Part shown: positions 60,781 to 64,000 of the stretch, in pieces
Layout of the letters: every line of letters starts with the position of its first letter
How positions within the stretch are numbered: position 1 is the stretch's first letter
Notes under the pieces: model-generated
Told to the model about the DNA's origin: nothing
Databases searched by the model: none
What the model saw: only the letters and a program-made list of their open reading frames with translations
Assembly: GCA_041740355.1 (NCBI GenBank)
Contig: JBGSMD010000013.1
Location: 68,146 to 132,145 of the forward strand
From: Bdellovibrionota bacterium
GTDB taxonomy: Bacteria; Bdellovibrionota_C; UBA2361; CALJRW01
Direction: 5' to 3'
DNA length: 64,000 nt
Translations under genes and position numbers: made by a program

Positions 60781-61491
60781 ATGTCAAATTATATACCTCG
60801 CATCGTTATTACAATTGATGGCCTAGCCGGAAGCGGGAAGACAGCAGTTTCCAGGGAATTAGCAAAGAAATTAAACTACCGTTATCTAAGTTCGGGACTA
60901 CTTTACAGAGCAGTTGGTTATTTAGCGCTTAAAAATCAGATTTCTTTTGAGCATCCGGAGGCCTTATTGCCGATTTTAAAAAATTCAGATATTCGCTTGG
61001 AGCCTACTGAGGACTTAAATAATAAATTAATACTGAATGGTGAGAATGTTACTATTGCTGCATTACAGCCGGAAGTTTCGGAAGCGACTTCCTCTTTAGC
61101 CTTGCACCAAGTGATTCGCGACTATCTGTTAGATATGCAAATAAATGCTTTTGCTGGTGAACCACTTATAGCTGAGGGACGCGATATGGGCACAATAGTT
61201 TTCCCGGAAGCAGAATTAAAGGTCTTTTTAACATGTTCACCTGAAATTCTAGTGGAAAGACGATTGGCTCAAATCTTAAAAAATAATCCAAATGTTGCGG
61301 AAACTGACCCGGAATTGCTAAAAAAACAGCTGCAAATCGAGATTGAAGAGCGAAATCATCGGGATACAACAAGGAATGTGGCCCCCACAATCCCGGCAGT
61401 CGGTGCTTTGATTATTGATAATTCCCAGCAAACGTTGACTGAAGTGGTTGATTTCGTGTATGATTACGCAACTCAAAACCTGTGTAAATAA
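60781..61491 (+). CDS. cmk: Cytidylate kinase
   Basis: IDGLAGSGKT, SG.LYRA and EGRDMGTIVFP.A.LK motifs; upstream of rpsA. Confidence 0.95.
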   Translation: MSNYIPRIVITIDGLAGSGKTAVSRELAKKLNYRYLSSGLLYRAVGYLALKNQISFEHPEALLPILKNSDIRLEPTEDLNNKLILNGENVTIAALQPEVSEATSSLALHQVIRDYLLDMQINAFAGEPLIAEGRDMGTIVFPEAELKVFLTCSPEILVERRLAQILKNNPNVAETDPELLKKQLQIEIEERNHRDTTRNVAPTIPAVGALIIDNSQQTLTEVVDFVYDYATQNLCK

Positions 61492-61654
61492 GATCTTCAC
61501 TGTGCCCAAAAACACCAGTAGGTTTTAGTTTTGAGTTTCTGTTCAAATAGTTTTGTTTTAAATTCAATTAGCGCTTCCTGTTGGTGGCTTTTTTTGTAAT
61601 TTAAAATTGGCATGGAGCAGATTGGCATGTTGCCGTTTTAAACTTTAAAGAAAT

Positions 61655-63361
61655 ATGGAAAATAATTCTAACGCTGCGGGAGCCTCTCGCACATTCGCGG
61701 ATGCTTTTGATAATCAGATATCTAAAGCGATCGAAGCAATTCGCCCTTCAAGAATCGTCATGGGAAAAGTTGTAATGTTGGACAAAGAATTTGTTCACGT
61801 AGACGTCAACTATAAATCAATTGGAGTTGTTCCTAAAGAAGAATTTTACAACTTAGAAGAAAAACTTACTTGCACGATTGGTGACTACGTAGAAGTTTTT
61901 ATTGTTGCTCTAGAGAATGAGCATAATCAAATTATCCTGTCTCATGAAAGAGCCAAGCAAATTCGAATTTGGAAAGATGTCGAAGATAAATTTGAGAACG
62001 GTGGTGTTGTAACAGGACGTGTTCAACATAAAGTTAAGGGTGGGTTACAAGTTGATATCGGAATCCCAGCGTTCTTACCGGGTTCACAAGTAGATATTAA
62101 GCCTCACAAAACTTTAGACCGTTTTATTGGTAATCTTTATGACTTTAAAGTTCTAAAAATTACTAAAGAAAAAGGCAATATCGTAGTATCTCGGCGAACA
62201 TTACTTCTTTCTGAGCGTGAAGAATTAAGAACTGAAACACTTAAAGCCTTAGGTGAAGGTGTTATCTTAGAAGGTACAGTCAAAAATATTACTGATTACG
62301 GCGCGTTCGTAGATTTAGGTGGTATCGATGGCTTGTTACATATCACCGATATTACTTGGTCACACATTGATCATCCGTCTGACAGATTGTCAGTTGGTCA
62401 GAAAGTTGCTGTTGTGGTTGTTTCTTACGATGAAGAGAAAGAAAGAGTTAGTCTTGGTATGAAACAATTAACTGATGATCCATGGGAAAAGGTTGACGGA
62501 ATCTACGCTCAAGGTCAGAAAGTTTCTGGTAAGATCGTTTCTATCGCCGATTTCGGAATTCATGTTGAACTACGTGATGGTATTGATGGGTTCTTACATG
62601 TTGATGATATCAGCTGGACTAAACGTACTAAGTCTTTAGGTAAGTCTTATACTAAAGGACAAGAGATCGAAGCAATGATCACTAATGTTGATATTTCAGA
62701 AAGAAAAATCAGCCTAAGCTTGAAACATCTTGGAACTAACCCTTGGGATACTCTTCATGAAAGATTCCCAGTTGGAACTAAAATTACAGGTAAGGTTCGT
62801 TCAATCACTGACTTTGGATTATTCGTTGGTGTAGAAGAAGGGATTGATGGTCTTGTTCACTTAAGCGACATTTCTTGGTTAGAGAAATTCAAAGATGCTA
62901 ACGATCTGAAGAATACTTTCAAGAAAGGTAAAGACGTAGAAGCAACTATCTTAGACATCAACAAGCAGGACGAAAGATTAAGTCTTGGTATCAAGCAATT
63001 AAGCGAAGATCCATGGCCAAAGATCATTCAGCGATATCCAGTTGGAACTAAAGTCAAAGGTCAGATAGCTGGTGTAGCTGAATACGGTGTTTTCGTTCAG
63101 TTAGAAGAAAGCGTTCAAGGTATGATTCATAAATCAGAACTTGGAATGAGTAAACGTAATGATATCACTGATACTTTTGCAATCGGTAAAGATATTGAGT
63201 GTATGGTAATCAGCGTTGATCAAGATTCTTCTGAAAGAAGAATCGGCTTAAGCATCCGTGCTTCTAAGCAGAAAGATCGTGATGAAGCTTTAGCTAACTT
63301 CAACGATGATATGGCAGGACCTACTCTTGGTGATTTGTTACAACAAAAACTAAGCGAATAG
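61655..63361 (+). CDS. rpsA: 30S ribosomal protein S1
   Basis: Six S1 repeats (AFLPGSQVD, DYGAFVDLGGIDGLLHITD and others). Confidence 0.97.
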   Translation: MENNSNAAGASRTFADAFDNQISKAIEAIRPSRIVMGKVVMLDKEFVHVDVNYKSIGVVPKEEFYNLEEKLTCTIGDYVEVFIVALENEHNQIILSHERAKQIRIWKDVEDKFENGGVVTGRVQHKVKGGLQVDIGIPAFLPGSQVDIKPHKTLDRFIGNLYDFKVLKITKEKGNIVVSRRTLLLSEREELRTETLKALGEGVILEGTVKNITDYGAFVDLGGIDGLLHITDITWSHIDHPSDRLSVGQKVAVVVVSYDEEKERVSLGMKQLTDDPWEKVDGIYAQGQKVSGKIVSIADFGIHVELRDGIDGFLHVDDISWTKRTKSLGKSYTKGQEIEAMITNVDISERKISLSLKHLGTNPWDTLHERFPVGTKITGKVRSITDFGLFVGVEEGIDGLVHLSDISWLEKFKDANDLKNTFKKGKDVEATILDINKQDERLSLGIKQLSEDPWPKIIQRYPVGTKVKGQIAGVAEYGVFVQLEESVQGMIHKSELGMSKRNDITDTFAIGKDIECMVISVDQDSSERRIGLSIRASKQKDRDEALANFNDDMAGPTLGDLLQQKLSE

Positions 63362-63364
63362 TCC

Positions 63365-63644
63365 TAACCCACATAATTCCTCAGTGATTAGAAAGAAATA
63401 AAATTTCTTTCTAATCCCGATGACTTACGAGGGCTTTTGAGGCTTTTAAAATTACAGTGTGTCATCGGAGAAGCACTACTGCGGAAAAGAATTTTGGCTC
63501 CATTTTGAACGAAAAAATGCTCCCGTCTTCGCTAAAGGCTACGACGCGGCAGGCGCGAGACCTCGGTCTCACTGTGCTTTTTTAGTCCAAACTGAAACCA
63601 AACTTCTGCTCCTCGCTACGTGCACTGATGAATAATGCAGGTTA
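63365..63644. mobile_element. Putative MITE or structured element with 22-bp imperfect terminal inverted repeats
   Basis: TAACCCACATAATTCCTCAGTG versus the reverse complement of the right end, TAACCTGCATTATTCATCAGTG; several internal hairpins. Confidence 0.6.
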
Positions 63645-63718
63645 AACTAGTTACTAAATTAAAGATTTAGTTAAGAAATATTTTTCTTTTCCTTGTAAAA
63701 TATGGCATAATATCTCTT

Positions 63719-64000
63719 ATGTCTTCAGATACTTTTAAAACAAAATTAGCGAAACTTATCCAAAAAAGTAGGAAAGCGATTAGGATCTATTCTGCTGTTG
63801 GAAGAGATTCAATTGGACGGCCAAGTAAGCCATACTCCGATATGCAACTTAAGGCATGGTATAATATTAACGAGGAGTTACTATTATTTCTTCAGGAGGT
63901 TACCACTAAGCTTCACTTAAGACAGGTAGCAACAGAAACTTTAAAGTATGCTCAAAAATTATCCAGTCAACTTGCTCCAGAGCAGCAAAAACTTAGTGCC
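63719..64000 (+). CDS. Hypothetical protein, truncated by the window end
   Basis: Open frame MSSDTFKTKLAKLIQKSRKAIRIY... running to the end of the window. Confidence 0.55.
   Translation, partial: MSSDTFKTKLAKLIQKSRKAIRIYSAVGRDSIGRPSKPYSDMQLKAWYNINEELLLFLQEVTTKLHLRQVATETLKYAQKLSSQLAPEQQKLSA

Noticed and set aside
63365-63644. tmRNA, RNase P or 6S RNA
   Set aside because: No tRNA-like ends and no RNase P GAGGAAAGUCC motif; longer than a typical 6S RNA. An Rfam search is needed to exclude 6S fully.

Overview
AT-rich bacterial chromosomal window; the gene content suggests a deltaproteobacterial/Bdellovibrionota-like Gram-negative (inference only). The housekeeping backbone includes malic enzyme, uppP, ffh/rpsP/trmD, an hpt-wzt-wzm-glycosyltransferase-cmoB cluster, addAB-type helicase-nuclease, an mlaEFD/pqiC-type ABC system, tsaA, cmk and rpsA. 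The most striking accessory feature is an unusual integron at about 25.3-29.4 kb. It has two diverged copies of the promoter/attI platform (about 87% identical, offset 2350 bp). The intI and ORF6N-domain genes sit inside the cassette array, between an attC and the second attI, so the integrase module could excise and reinsert like a cassette. Three cassettes are visible: a Tsi6-like immunity protein, a Cys-rich protein and a SAM methyltransferase. An (AAATAAT)10 tract lies where the first platform's integrase would be expected. Also present are two families of TATA-ended, multi-hairpin intergenic repeats, a 280-bp element bounded by inverted repeats after rpsA, four orphan type IV pilin-like genes, an IS3 remnant, a HEPN-domain protein and a DUF2000-like gene interrupted by one TAG. 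No rRNA, tRNA or CRISPR array was recognised. All calls come from motif recognition by eye, without database searches.
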